A stretch of DNA of 64,000 nucleotides. Origin: Paramecium tetraurelia. Its lineage: Eukaryota. The notes under the pieces were generated by a model that saw only the letters and a program-made list of their open reading frames with translations, had not been told where the DNA came from and made no database searches. The stretch is from positions 573,399 through 637,398 of the forward strand of contig CT867986.1 in NCBI GenBank assembly GCA_000165425.1. Direction: 5' to 3'. The position numbers were made by a program, and so were the translations under genes. Below are positions 38,889 through 51,084 of this stretch, one piece after another; positions within the stretch are counted from its first letter, which is position 1, and each line of letters opens with the position of its first letter.

Positions 38889-40337
38889 TCAAGAAATTTA
38901 TTGAATCCTTTATTGTGTATCCTACAATAAAATCAGTATACATACTCTAATAATTGAATCTTGGTGTAATTTTTGTATTTCATTTCTAAAGGAATTTCAA
39001 AATTGTTCTCATCCATCCAATCTTGATATTGGGAATCCTATTAAACGCAAGTCCTTTCCCATTTGGGAAATAAAGACGGCTTTTCAATTTCAACTTAAGA
39101 TGGCAAGTACTTTATCTTCATTGAACTAAAAGATCCAACATTGGAATTCGAAGATGAATTTGAAAGATGTCTAAAATCGCTCCTTTGGCCTGGCTTCTTA
39201 TTTGGGTCAGGAGGTTACAACAAATGTTACTATGAATTTTGAAACTATATTTAAGAATAATTTACTTTACTTGTCCGTGTTATGGTTATTCATTGATTGT
39301 CCAAATTATTTAATTGGATAACTTGGATGAACTTTTCATTACAGGTCCTGGAGAGTGTTCTTTTATCTTGTTAAATTCGAATGATCTCTTTGATTCCAGA
39401 GAACTGAACTTTTTGGTAGATTTCATTAGACCTTCCGTCCAATCGTAAATGCCATCCAATATGAATTAGTTGTTTTCAGCAATCTAATTAAGCAATTACA
39501 AAATGTATTAGTAATTAGGTTCATCTGCAAAACTCAAGGTCTTGATGTATTGCAAGATCTCCACTAATTCGTGAGGTTGATTGGCACATAAATCGTTTAG
39601 ATCAATGTTTTACTTTATGTCTCCAACCGCTTTGGTTCTTTCGTTTTCGGAGACAGGCAAATTTTACCAAGGCAAGCTACCACGCAGAAAGTAGAGAACA
39701 ACATAAAATAAGGATTCTATGTCATCTTTCCTGGCTATTTCATGGCCTTAATGCGCTGCAATTGAGGCATACCTTGGAGTACCCATAAATGTTTTATCTT
39801 TGCGAAATGGCCTAAAAGATTTAAATTGAACAAAATGTACATATGTTCACCCTAAACGCAATAAACCTTACTAATACCAAAGTCAACAATATATAGACTT
39901 TCATTATCTTTGGACATCAAAATATTTTCAGGTTTCAAATCTCTATGGATAACATTCCTACTGTGTATATTTCTCAGTATTGACACACAGTCATATGCAA
40001 TCTAGACGGAGCATTTAAGACTGAATTTTTTTTATTGCCTAAAGTAGAATGACAGATCTCTGCCTAATAATTGTATAACCATGAGATTGAATTCATCCTC
40101 TGTCCCAAACCATATCAATTTCGGAGTCCCCTCTGCTTCATTGAGTTATTTCAGAATTTCCACTTCCCTTTCTAAAGATCTCATCTCTTCATTATCTTCT
40201 TTTTCTAATTTTAGTGCATGTTCTTAGTTTGTTTATTTATCTAAAACAAGAAATACCACTCCAAAAGCTCCCGATGAGATTTTTTTCTTCACTACAAATC
40301 TATTCAGAAAAACTTTCTATTATGCCTCCCGACTCAT
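38889..40337 (-). CDS. Casein kinase 1 family protein kinase
   Basis: [63 protein letters not shown]. Confidence 0.92.
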
Positions 40338-40820
40338 AGGAAAAATTAAAAAAAATTTTATAATATTGTTAAGAATATTTTTTGTAGTATGGCAAATCAA
40401 GCTAATCAAATTGAATAATTTTGAATGGCGTTCAAAAAATTAAACTGTATTTTTTATATATTTATTTATATATATATTTATTTTCCTTTTTCCAAAACCA
40501 TTCCACATCTTCTCATATCCGTTGTGAGGTACCAAAGTATGATTATTAAAAGTAAAGCCATGCTAGATGCACCATCCTCTTTTTATTTACCAATACACAA
40601 CTACATTGAAAATAGATTGTTTAAAATTGATGTAGGCGTGATGCTTATTTTCAAAGAGTTGTAGAGTCTTCTATTAAATTCAAGAGTTCATTCCTTACTA
40701 TTTCTGATTAAATATGTTGAACACTTATTTTCGGTATTTGATTTCTATCAATAATAATTTGATGAAATTTTGTCCCTAATTATAAGACGATTCATTATTA
40801 AATATTAAACAATAATTTTA

Positions 40821-41262
40821 ATGCAATCACAAGAAATTAATAAAGATTAATAAGTTGAGAATGTTGAAGTGAGTAAACCAGGAGATTCAACTATTTTCAA
40901 ATCACTTTTGACTAGAATTAAAGAGTAAAACCTGCCATTTACTGAAAATGAACATATGGCAATTTAAGATATTTTTGACATACTTTTGTAATATTCGATG
41001 ATAAGAGGTGAAAAAAATTAAACAATTATATGGTAACAATTTTTCATTTAAATTTAGTTTTGTTTAATATTTGATATCCTAATTATCAGGCAATCCTGAA
41101 TTGAATAAATTAAGCCTTGGTTATATTGCTGAGAAAAGTTAGGCCTAATTATTTGCAGTCAAGAGATTGTGGAATACTACAATTAGTTAAGAAGTATTTC
41201 TAGATTAAATTCCTAAATGGTAAGGTTAGAGGCCTATTTCAGAGCTGAAATCTATTGAATGA
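40821..41262 (+). CDS. Small hypothetical protein
   Basis: MQSQEINKDQQVENVEVSKPG...; one 25-nt intron (about 41033-41057) restores the frame to TGA at 41260-41262. Confidence 0.55.
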
Positions 41263-41355
41263 TATTATATATAACAACTAAATTCTTTATGAAACTTATA
41301 TAATTCTTGTTTTTGTATTTGTTATTAATTTAATAAAAATAAAATTTATATTCCC

Positions 41356-42982
41356 ATGAGTCATCACATGCCCTCAAATCCATTAATCAAACAACTTTGC
41401 TCAAATCATCCAACAGAACAATTCACCAACTTTTGTTAAAATCCAGAATGCTTGAAACCTTTGTGTCCAGAATGCATTGAATCTCATACCAAATATCATC
41501 AGCAAGTTTAGACAAGTGCTGACATCGACAGTTTTAAGAATGTGAAATAGCAATGTCTAAAGAAGATTAGTACTGGAATTCAAGAGATTCAGAAAATTAT
41601 TTAAGATGCCGACTAATATGGATTGAGTGATATTGATGATTAAACCATTAGAGAAATTCGAAAAGGGAAGGAAATAGCAATTACTTTAGTGACTGAACAT
41701 TTCTCCTCCTTAGAGGAATAATATAAATCATTTTTAGACTAACAATCCAACTCCTAATAAACTTTTAATCAATTATAAGAAAGTATTAAAAATACAATGA
41801 ATGAGTTGGAACATTTGAATGTTGGTTTAGAAAGCTCAAATTTGATTCAATTCATTAAGAAAATCTGCACAATGGACTTAAAAAAAACTTTATTGAAATA
41901 CAAAAAGACCATGAAAAACTTATAAAATAAATCAGCAACTTAATAAATAATGGTTTAACTAAATTAAGCCAATATCTAGCATATCTAAACAGCATTAAAT
42001 AATTATGCAAAATTAGATTTTATTCCATTGCAAAACACCGTGTTCCTTAGCCAAAGCCATGTCTCTTAATATTAAGAAACCTATCTCTAATAAAATGAGT
42101 ACTTTAGAGGGAAAAATAAACTACTTCATTTTTTTGAAACTGGTAAATCAACCATATGGCTATACGATTTAAGTTTGCCAGATCAAAATTGGAGACCTGT
42201 ACAAATCTCAAATTACGTTGAAGTGTTACCTTATTCTAAGTCAATAATGACTCCTGATGGTTAAATCTATTTAACTGGTGGATCCCTTCCAAACAATAAA
42301 AAAAGTGGAAAGATATATTAATTTAATTTCTCCAACTATCAATTATAAGAGGTTGGATAATTGACTTATGGAAGAAGTTCTCATGGATTAACATGGAAAA
42401 ATAATGAGTTATACTTAATTGGAGGTTATATGGACAATTTAGTAATTACATAAAATTGTGAGGTGTTTGATTGCATTAACAAAAGAACAAGACGTCTGCC
42501 AAATTTAAACAATGCGATAGCTTCTCCAAGTGTTTGTATTTTTAATGATGCAGTCACAGTAGCAGGAGGATTAGGTAAAAATAATAAATATTATTATAGT
42601 CTAGAATTTGAAAATTAATCAATAGATTGAATTTTTGATGATAGATAGATGGGTAACTTGTCTAATTACATCTTAATATCATCTGGCTTCTATGATGTGC
42701 TCAATTCAAATTGATTAAAATTAATTAATGATTTTTGGAGGGTACTACGAAAATAATAAGGGATCTAAAGAATGTATGATATTAGAGATCAATGAAACAA
42801 TTGCCAAAGTTGTGGAAGCTAAGTAACTTCCACATGCAGAAGGCTTCTGGAATAATACCCCCTTGATTTATTAAGGCAGAATTTGGGCTTTACAAAATGT
42901 TATTTAAGATATTCATGGAAATTGTTCTTAGGATCAAAGGAGAATTCTGATATTTGACGGATAAAATTGGAAATCAACATGA
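41356..42982 (+). CDS. B-box/coiled-coil/kelch-repeat protein
   Basis: 'CSNHP..FCQNPECLKPLCPECIESH', coiled coil, kelch repeats IYLTGG, LYLIGG, TVAGG, MIFGG. Confidence 0.85.
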
Positions 42983-43707
42983 AGTATTATATAATTTCGT
43001 GCATTGAAATTACAATTTTAAAATATACTAAATTTAAATAAACCCAAAACCTAGTTAACTCTAAAAATTATATGTTCATAATGATGAATCTTTTTTGATC
43101 TAATTAATTCTGTTTTCTCAATTGTTATTTTTCTACAATCCTTTTCTAAAATATTTGTTGAACAATGTTTCAAGACTAACATCTTAAATTAGGACTATTA
43201 ATTGTGAAAAACTCTAAGTAAATATGTCAGTATCCCATAATATTTCAGTTATTAATTAAGGCATTTTTTAGAGAAATACGAATATAGAGATATAATGATT
43301 TTCAATAGATCATAATGTCTATAAGATTTAAATATAAATTGATCAATAAAGATTGCAATAATAATAATTATTTTTAATCTAAATTATTAAAGAAGTCCGA
43401 TAATTTAATATTATAGATAGATATTAATTCTTTCAGCATATTCAACATGATCAAATTTATTAATTAATAATAAATTTAACACTTTGAATGTGACATCTAT
43501 ACGCGAGTTATGAATTATACGAGAAAAATAAAGATAAAAACCAGTTTTGATTTTCTGGAAAATAGAAACTAAAATAGTCATCCGCTTTTCCTTTATGACT
43601 TAAAGAGAGGCAAATATATGAATAATTGTTTCTATATAGCATATCTCTTTATCTTATACAGATTTAAATGGTTTAGAATTATATATATTTAGAATACAAT
43701 GATATTA

Positions 43708-44043
43708 TCACACAGTAAAGAAATCTTTGGGCAACGAAGTGTTTCTTATAACTTTTATACTCTTTCGGGTGGATATGGTTGGAGGTTATTTGAACACTTA
43801 TTTAAGTTATTAAGTTGATAAGCACAATAAATCTAGGATCTTTTCTTCTTTTAGAATAGGTGATTTAGCTTTCTTTTCCTGATTTTAAATAGGAAATTTA
43901 ATCAATTATGAAGTAATTGAAGGTACTTTTCTTGTGGTCAGTCGATTTACATGTTGTTCTGTTATTTTGGATTTAATATCTTAATTTCCTTCTGTTTTAA
44001 TGACTTTGTAACTATCATCATATTTGCCTCGATACTTATTCAT
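43708..44043 (-). CDS. Small basic hypothetical protein
   Basis: Intronless code-6 ORF MNKYRGKYDDSYKV...KILDLLCLSTQQLK...LPKDFFTV*. Confidence 0.55.
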
Positions 44044-44092
44044 GAAATAATTGATTTATTTATTTATTAATGTATATATAATTACTGTTCAA

Positions 44093-44912
44093 TCAAATCA
44101 TTCTCTTAACAAGATCATTGATGAGATCTTCTCTATTTCCCCAATCTCCTTGATTAATGAAGGATCTTCTCTTAGCAATGAATCCACCTCTTGGTCCTCT
44201 CAATTTGAATGCCCTAAGATTGGAATAGATAATTACCATAAGAATCTATTTGCTTCTTTGAAGTGAGGTCCTACAGTTGTAATTTCATGGATGAGATCTT
44301 CAACGCTGTGAATGCCGACTTTTCCTAATTATTGCTCAATCACATTATTATTTGTGATTGGGATTCTTTGACCATTAATTTTGGCATATCCTCTCTTGTA
44401 AATCAGATTCTTGATGACAGCTCTTGATGGATATCCATAGGTGACATATGGCTCGACTTTTCTGATCATTTCAATTGTGGCCTTGTTGACTCTGACAAAG
44501 GCTGCATTATGAAGTTATCTCAATTTTAAAAGTCTCAAGGTTTATCTGACCTGTGGATTCAAGGTGTTGATACTGTCATTACTTAAATTAATAATACCCT
44601 CTGATTCTGACCACCAAAATCAATTTAGCTTCAGCTGGGACATAGAATCCACCTTCAGTCTTAGCTTTACGTAAGTTATCAACTAAGCTCTTGTCTGCAG
44701 CCTTGTACTCAGCTTCATAAGCTTGAGCAGTCTTTTCCCATTAAGCTCTTCTGGTTTTGTTGGCAGCCAATCTCTCTGTTCTTCTCTTAGCAACAGCATC
44801 CCTTAACTTAGAATCTCTTTAAGTCTTTTTGGCGACGTTCTCAGGAACCTTTTATCTACACAATCAATACAATAACTTACTCCACTTGTATTTTTTGCTT
44901 CTTTTGGGACAT
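44093..44912 (-). CDS. RPL7: 60S ribosomal protein L7 (uL30)
   Basis: '[17 protein letters not shown]', 'LRQLHNAAFV', '[10 protein letters not shown]', 'LIYKRGYAK', '[21 protein letters not shown]', 'GDWGNRE'. Confidence 0.97.
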
Positions 44913-46014
44913 TTTAAACAAAATAAAATCTTAAATTTTAAAATCAAATCAACTAAAACAGATTATTCTAATCCATTCTCAGTTTATACAACACAACTCA
45001 CAATATACTAACATTTAATAGAATCCTGGTCTCCAGGATAATAAGTAGTAAGAGTCGATCAATAAATTATGTTAATAATCACTATAAATGGATAATAATA
45101 AGCACACATATGAAAAAAATAATAGAAAAAATTAATAATGATAATTTATAATACTTTTTGTTTACGAATACTTTGATAAACTACCCCTATGAGTATTTGC
45201 CTTTTAAGATATGGCTACTTTAAAGCTATTAGATTTCAATGGTTATACTTTGATAAAAGGTTTCATTTCGCTTAAATCAATTTTTATTCTTTAAGATACT
45301 GATATATTATTTTAAAATATATGAATTTATAAAATTGCTTTATCTAGAGTGTATAAAACAATTAATATATTCCATTTCAAGTATTTAATTTGTTCTAATA
45401 ATATTCTAATTTTTCCTAGAATTTCTATCAATATAATAGGAATCTTAATATTTATCATTTTGTTTAGAGCTATATTCGTTTAATATGCTTTTGAACTCTT
45501 AAATCCTAACTAAGACTTTAAATTAGGTTTATCTTAAGATTTAATTAATGTATTGAGTTGATATATCAATAAATAGAGCAACTTGTTTTAAAAATCTTCC
45601 CCTATTCTTAATTTAAATTGTAAAAAAGTATCATAAATCATATTAAATCAATTCTTCTTAATCTTCAGATTATAACTTGTGATTCAATTCATTCTAATAG
45701 ATGAATTAACAAGTTTTAATTATGTTAAGTATTAAGCAAACTATTAATAAATCTAATTTATAAATTCATTATGGAATAAGTTAAGGAGATTTAAATATAA
45801 CCATAAGTTTTACTAATAAATAATAATGCCTTGTATTTTTCTACATCTTAAATGGTAATTTAAATCTATTTGGGTTCAGTTAATTTACTATTTAAATAAT
45901 TAATATTTTATAAATCTCTGATTTCGAAAAGGAAGAGAGTCTGTAATTTATTTTTGATTAATAATTTAGTGTTTAAATTTGAAAATATAAATCAATCACA
46001 TTATGATATTGATA

Positions 46015-46931
46015 TCACTTTTTTTTCTTAATTGTTTGATAGATTTTCTTTTTGACTCGTTTATATCTCATTGCAATAACACATAGAATGATAAACAGAA
46101 AAATAATTATGATTACTAGAATTATCATCACCATATATTAGACATAATACAGATTATTGTTTGGAGTTATCTAATAATCAATCTAAATTTTACTTAGATA
46201 TCGAAATCTATATCAAATTGGATTTCAGGTTCAGTTATATTCTAGAATTATTAAACACAACTTATATTTCTCATAATTTTGCAGAAATTTTTAAAGCTTT
46301 CATCCACAACCTGATTTTCTATTTCACTACTAGCATTTTAACAATTTTTGACTGTAATATTACAATCAACAAGGTTGGGAAAAGGAGTATTGTCTAAAAT
46401 CATATATGAGGCTGCATTCTAATAGTTTTTATAAGATGTATTAGCTATAATGAATGAGCCTACTTGATCGCTTTGACATCCCAAAAAACATAATGAGTTC
46501 ATATTTGTAGCATCTGAAATTTTGGTCTGATAATTTAATTGAACACTCATCACAGCTTAGAGAAATACTGAGACTAAAGTTTAAAAGTAAAATTAATTTT
46601 TGGGGCAAGGTTGACAAATATTGGATACTAATTGCTAGCATATATTCCCTGATCTCTCTGAAAAATGAATGTAGCAGACGTAAAATTGATTGTAAGGAGA
46701 GTCAAAGACAAAAAAGTCGAATTCATTCTTCGCTGGGGAACTAATGGTCAAATTAATAATTGCTGTCCCATCAACAATTGGATATTGATTGTTCTCTCCC
46801 ATTCCAAAGGTATTAGGAATTAATTGTATAAATTATCCATATCTAATATTGGCACTAATAGTGGAATTGATGCGAACATAGTCTTCGTTTTGATTTGCAT
46901 AAGCGATTTATAAAAATAATAAAAATAACAT
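46015..46931 (-). CDS. Type I membrane protein (signal peptide, Cys-containing ectodomain, single TM, basic tail)
   Basis: MLFLLFLQIAYA signal peptide, TM 'MVMIILVIIIIFLFIILCVIAM', tail RYKRVKKKIYQTIKKKK*. One intron. Confidence 0.65.
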
Positions 46932-46940
46932 TAAATAAAC

Positions 46941-48328
46941 TCATTAATTAAATAAAAGCAATGGTGATCTTTTTTAATTATAATTGTATGCCACCTCATA
47001 TAATGAAATAAACCGAACAAAATAAGGACATGTAAATGTTTTTAATTTCTAATGTATTACTGAATCATATTCCTGCATCCACCTTAAATAATAATAGCAC
47101 AACAATAGATTTTAACTTTTGCTAGAACTCATGTATTTTTGTAATATATATTTTAAAACTTCAATTTTAGAATCTTCAGGTTGAATGATGTCTATAAACT
47201 GAGAGATTTAATTGTTTGATCGAGATGATAAAAAGATCTCCACAATTAACTTATCTAATTTGCCTATCAGTTTAAATTTCAACCAAGGCATCTTGCAATT
47301 GATAATGTTATGAATTAAGGCAAAGGTTTATGAATAAGGCTAAGTATTCCAATTCTATTCATTGAATATTGATTGCTGCCCTATATTTTATTCGGTTGAA
47401 TCCAATAAATCAAAGAAATGCTCACTCTATATGTTTTCAGTCACTAAAGGCATTAAACTTTGGTCTAAAATGGGAGGTGATGCACAATCGTTGCTAATTA
47501 GAGCAGATCTGTTATGGTAAACTATTGGTAAGGCATTAGAGAGCAATAATGACATATAAGGTATTGATTTGAAAATGTCCTTTTGATATATCTTGTTAAC
47601 GAATAATTGCCGATCTGTAAAAGCGTCAATATCAGTGCCAAATACTGAAGAAATGAATGAGCCATAAGTGTATTCGATAATAGTAGAACAAAGTTTAAAT
47701 ATGCAACTTAACTATTCTAAAAATAAGTATGCCAATTGTTTATTCTCGAAAAATTGCCTAGCAATATTTTAATTATTAATTGATTATTATGTCACATTTT
47801 AATCTGGCAATGATGGTTGCTAAACCCTACAATTCTCAGACTAACTTCTTTTGAAACTAACATTTCTCACAAGTTATGTACTGGTCTTTACATCCCCATA
47901 ATTATATGAAGTCATGGATTTTAAAGGGAATTCTTCTTGAAATTCGAAAAGCTCATTCAAAAATTAACTATAATGCAAAATGAGCTAATTGTAAAGGTGC
48001 TTCCCCTTTTATTGCATGTCATTAGAAATCTTTTTATAAACTATCTATTATTCCCCATCATCAGGATACTTGCCTTTTATCTTTACAAACAGCTTTTTCT
48101 GATTCATATTTTTGCACAATTCCTGTATGTCATTTTCCACTATTTTCTAATTTTAGATTACTACTCTAATACCTTGTGAAATTTTTTAAAATAAGTTTCA
48201 GTGCATGAATTTATAAAGGCATTGTTATCTTTTAACAATTTATCTTGAACTGAGATCCGTGATAGTGTAGTTCTTGATATTGGTGCCTCAGATGAAGAAT
48301 TCTCCTTTGCTGAACATTGATTACCCAT
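46941..48328 (-). CDS. Hypothetical protein, N-myristoylation-type start, possible VPS9-like C-terminus
   Basis: MGNQCS start; 'PYAKAFALIHNIINCKMPWLKLKLI...PEDSKIEVLKYIL' loosely resembles VPS9. Confidence 0.5.
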
Positions 48329-48399
48329 TTTTATATTAATAATATAGAATTTTTAACTTAATATCGTGGAAGTATAACAGATATTTATAATTCATTCAA

Positions 48400-49000
48400 A
48401 TTGAATAGGATCTATCTTCTCGCCATAAATTGTGTAAATTATTTATAGCTCAAAAATAACATGTTTGAAAATAATTAAAACTCCCTAAAATAACCTCATA
48501 TATCATAAGTTGTCTAATAATACTTTTATATTGCTCTACGTTTATTTCCATGTTTGTAATCCTAATATCCTCTCTACAAAAAATCAATTATTAAACCGAC
48601 AAGATAATCCATAGTTTTTTCATGAATTCTCTGTATCTTTATAATTTAAGAAGCTTCATTTTTGATGTTCCAACTCTTTCCAAATGATTAATTTATTCAT
48701 TTTTGAATATTCTTCATGTTCCACCATTTTTGGAATCTCATGGATGAATACTCGAAATAAAATAAAGAATTAGAGCAAATCTCAATCAATTTAGGCCAAT
48801 TAGCTTCTGATTTATGAACAATATTATTACAGAGAATTTTTCATATATTTCTCAGTTATTGGGTTCTTGCGTTTACCAAAATGAACTTTTCATTCTTCAA
48901 ATAGATGTAATAGTGGATTATATAATCCAGATCTTCATGTGGAGTATGATTCCCTCTAATTGATTTATTTATAGAATTGCTAATGCAGATTATGCTTTTT
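48400..49000 (-). pseudogene. Degraded coding remnant
   Basis: Coding-like frame (…RGNHTPHEDLDYIIHYY…) interrupted by several in-frame TGAs, with no clear start. Confidence 0.35.
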
Positions 49001-49271
49001 TTATATAATATACATAAATAATCTTCATAATAATAATAATAATTTCATTCCATGATGCTCATTAGATAGACAATATAAAAAATTATAATCTATTTTATAG
49101 AATATCAATTTAGTATGTAATAACTTATTTGTCTGCAAAATTTCATCTAATCTATAAATTATGGATGCGTTTACTTGTACGTAATGAAAATGATAAATTT
49201 AAAATATTGACATCGTATATTAGAATAAATGAATACTATATTTAGTTTTTCTCAAATAATTTAGCATTACT

Positions 49272-49343
49272 GGATCTATCGTATAGCGGTTAGTACCTGA
49301 GGCTCTAACCCTCAAGACCTTGGTTCGAATCCAAGTAGGTCCT
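49272..49343 (+). tRNA. tRNA-Gln with anticodon CUA (decodes reassigned UAG)
   Basis: Cloverleaf: acceptor GGATCTA/TAGGTCC, D arm, anticodon stem TGAGG/CCTCA with loop CT-CTA-AC, T arm CTTGG-TTCGAAT-CCAAG, followed by a T-run (Pol III terminator). Confidence 0.95.
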
Positions 49344-49392
49344 ATTTTTTATATTATTTTTTTTATAATAATAAAATGAACACAAATATTGA

Positions 49393-50901
49393 ATGCAAGA
49401 AGCTTATGTCTTACATGATCAATATAGGAATCAATCCATGTTCAACTACATCAGTGGAACATCTCGTCCTCTTTATTTTAAAAGGCCTTTAGTGCCTAAA
49501 ATGACAGACACTCCTATAAAATTGAGTCAGCCCCAGTATAATTTAGTGAAAGTACAACTTCCTCCTGTCAAAATGACAATAGAAAGAGTATCGCAACAGT
49601 TTTTTTCTGTGTTAAAGACGTAGAAATTTAAACTGACTACAGAGAAGCTGAGGCCTAGACCGATCCATACCAGCTCATGATTAGAATGAAAATTAAAATA
49701 TAGAAATATTAGCGTTGCAACATTTGAAATGGGACAAGGGATTACCAGCTTCAATTGAGGAATAAGAGTCTATAGAATGGAATAGAGAGAAGGTTTGATT
49801 TGAGAATGCACTACCTCCTATATCTAATGAAGCTTCATTTAAATTGAGAAGAGTGTTAATGAAATCATAAGAGGAAAGAGAGTGGAAGAATAAGGAAACA
49901 GAAAATACTTAGAAAGATGTAAAAAAGCAGAAAAGAAATTGATAATGAAGATAAGGGCAGAGAAATTATAGAAGATTATGCTAATTTCGCTTCTAAAGTG
50001 TATGATGGTATCACAAGGGAAGGATTGAGTCTTGATAAAATAGCTGGCAAGTATGAAGTGTAACCAGTTGCATTAAATACTTACAAGGGTTTGACTGAAT
50101 TATCAACCACAATAAAACCTTCTATTTTAGAAACAACAATAAATGTGGCTCAATTTATTAAAACTATCTATGAAGGTAATAAAAGGTATTTTCTTAGCTT
50201 TTTATTCATCTAGAGAACTGTCTTGATTGAGGAGTTGTTAACTGTTGCTAAAATACCAGATCTACCAGAGGCTGAATAAGAGGAAATCTTGATGCAATAA
50301 CATGAAGAAAAAGTGAAGAATGCTTCTTTGGAAGCTATTTAAGGAGAAGTGATTGCAGAGACTTTGGATATGTTAAGCAAAGAATTGTTCAGAATTAAAT
50401 AAGAGAAGAGAATTGCTTAAATGGAGAAATCAGCTGAAGAAGATAGAAGATTAAGAGAGATTAAGGAGGCTGGCACAAGATAAGCAGAATAAATCTTAAG
50501 AGATAGAAAAATATGTCTAATATAATCAAATTATGAGAGTTCATTAAGGAATTGTTGATACATATTTATTTAAGAATAATATAGAATAAGGTAGTCATAT
50601 TTAAATACATCGGTAGCTGCAACAAGACAAGCAACTATTATGACTAATCTAAGAAAATAAAAGATGAATACTCCTGTTGAATACTTTGAAAGGAAATACA
50701 ATAGTGATGAAACTATTATCAAAGATTTAGTTTAGCAATTTTTAATTCCAAATTGTCAAAGATCAAAATTATAACAACAAAGTAATTATCATCAATAAAT
50801 TATTAGTATAAATTGAAGAAAGAAGATTTAATGAAGCAGCTAAAAAATTAATTCAGGCAACTTTATCACAGGCAGCTTAATAGATTAATCAAAAATGTTG
50901 A
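49393..50901 (+). pseudogene. CFAP91/MAATS1 (AAT-1)-like radial-spoke gene, disrupted
   Basis: 'ISGTSRPLYFKRP', 'QTDYREAEAQTDPY', 'EILALQHLKWDKGLPA', 'FENALPP' fall in three different frames; in-frame TGA at 49796-49798. Confidence 0.75.
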
Positions 50902-51084
50902 TAAAATTATTAATTATCTATTTATTTTAATTAATACTAATACATCAAACTAGTTATAATGTCCTATCAAAAAAACATCTAAAATTTCATAAATTAAGTA
51001 ACCCTTCTGTCAAATAAATAATTTAAATAATAAATAGAGGAAATGATTTTTAATGAATTGAGAGAAATAATGATATCATGATAA

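Noticed and set aside
40470..40800. Possible small minus-strand gene between CK1 and the 40821 gene
   Set aside because: Intron-like segments exist, but I could not build a consistent ATG-to-TGA model; probably a relic.
45023..45039. Hairpin ATCCTGG-TCT-CCAGGAT upstream of RPL7
   Set aside because: A single 7-bp stem is expected by chance in 64 kb, and I found no second copy.
45050..46000. Extra cytoplasmic domain of the type I membrane protein, or a separate gene
   Set aside because: The upstream gene has a clean stop at 46015, and frames in this region are repeatedly broken with no recognisable motif.
46941..46944. A second ATGA stop/start overlap
   Set aside because: The ATG at 46944 is out of frame with the downstream gene; the in-frame signal-peptide start is at 46931.
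49796..49798. In-frame TGA as selenocysteine or Trp readthrough in CFAP91
   Set aside because: The same gene has several frameshifts, the position is not a redox Cys site, and no SECIS is evident. Pseudogenisation is the simpler explanation.
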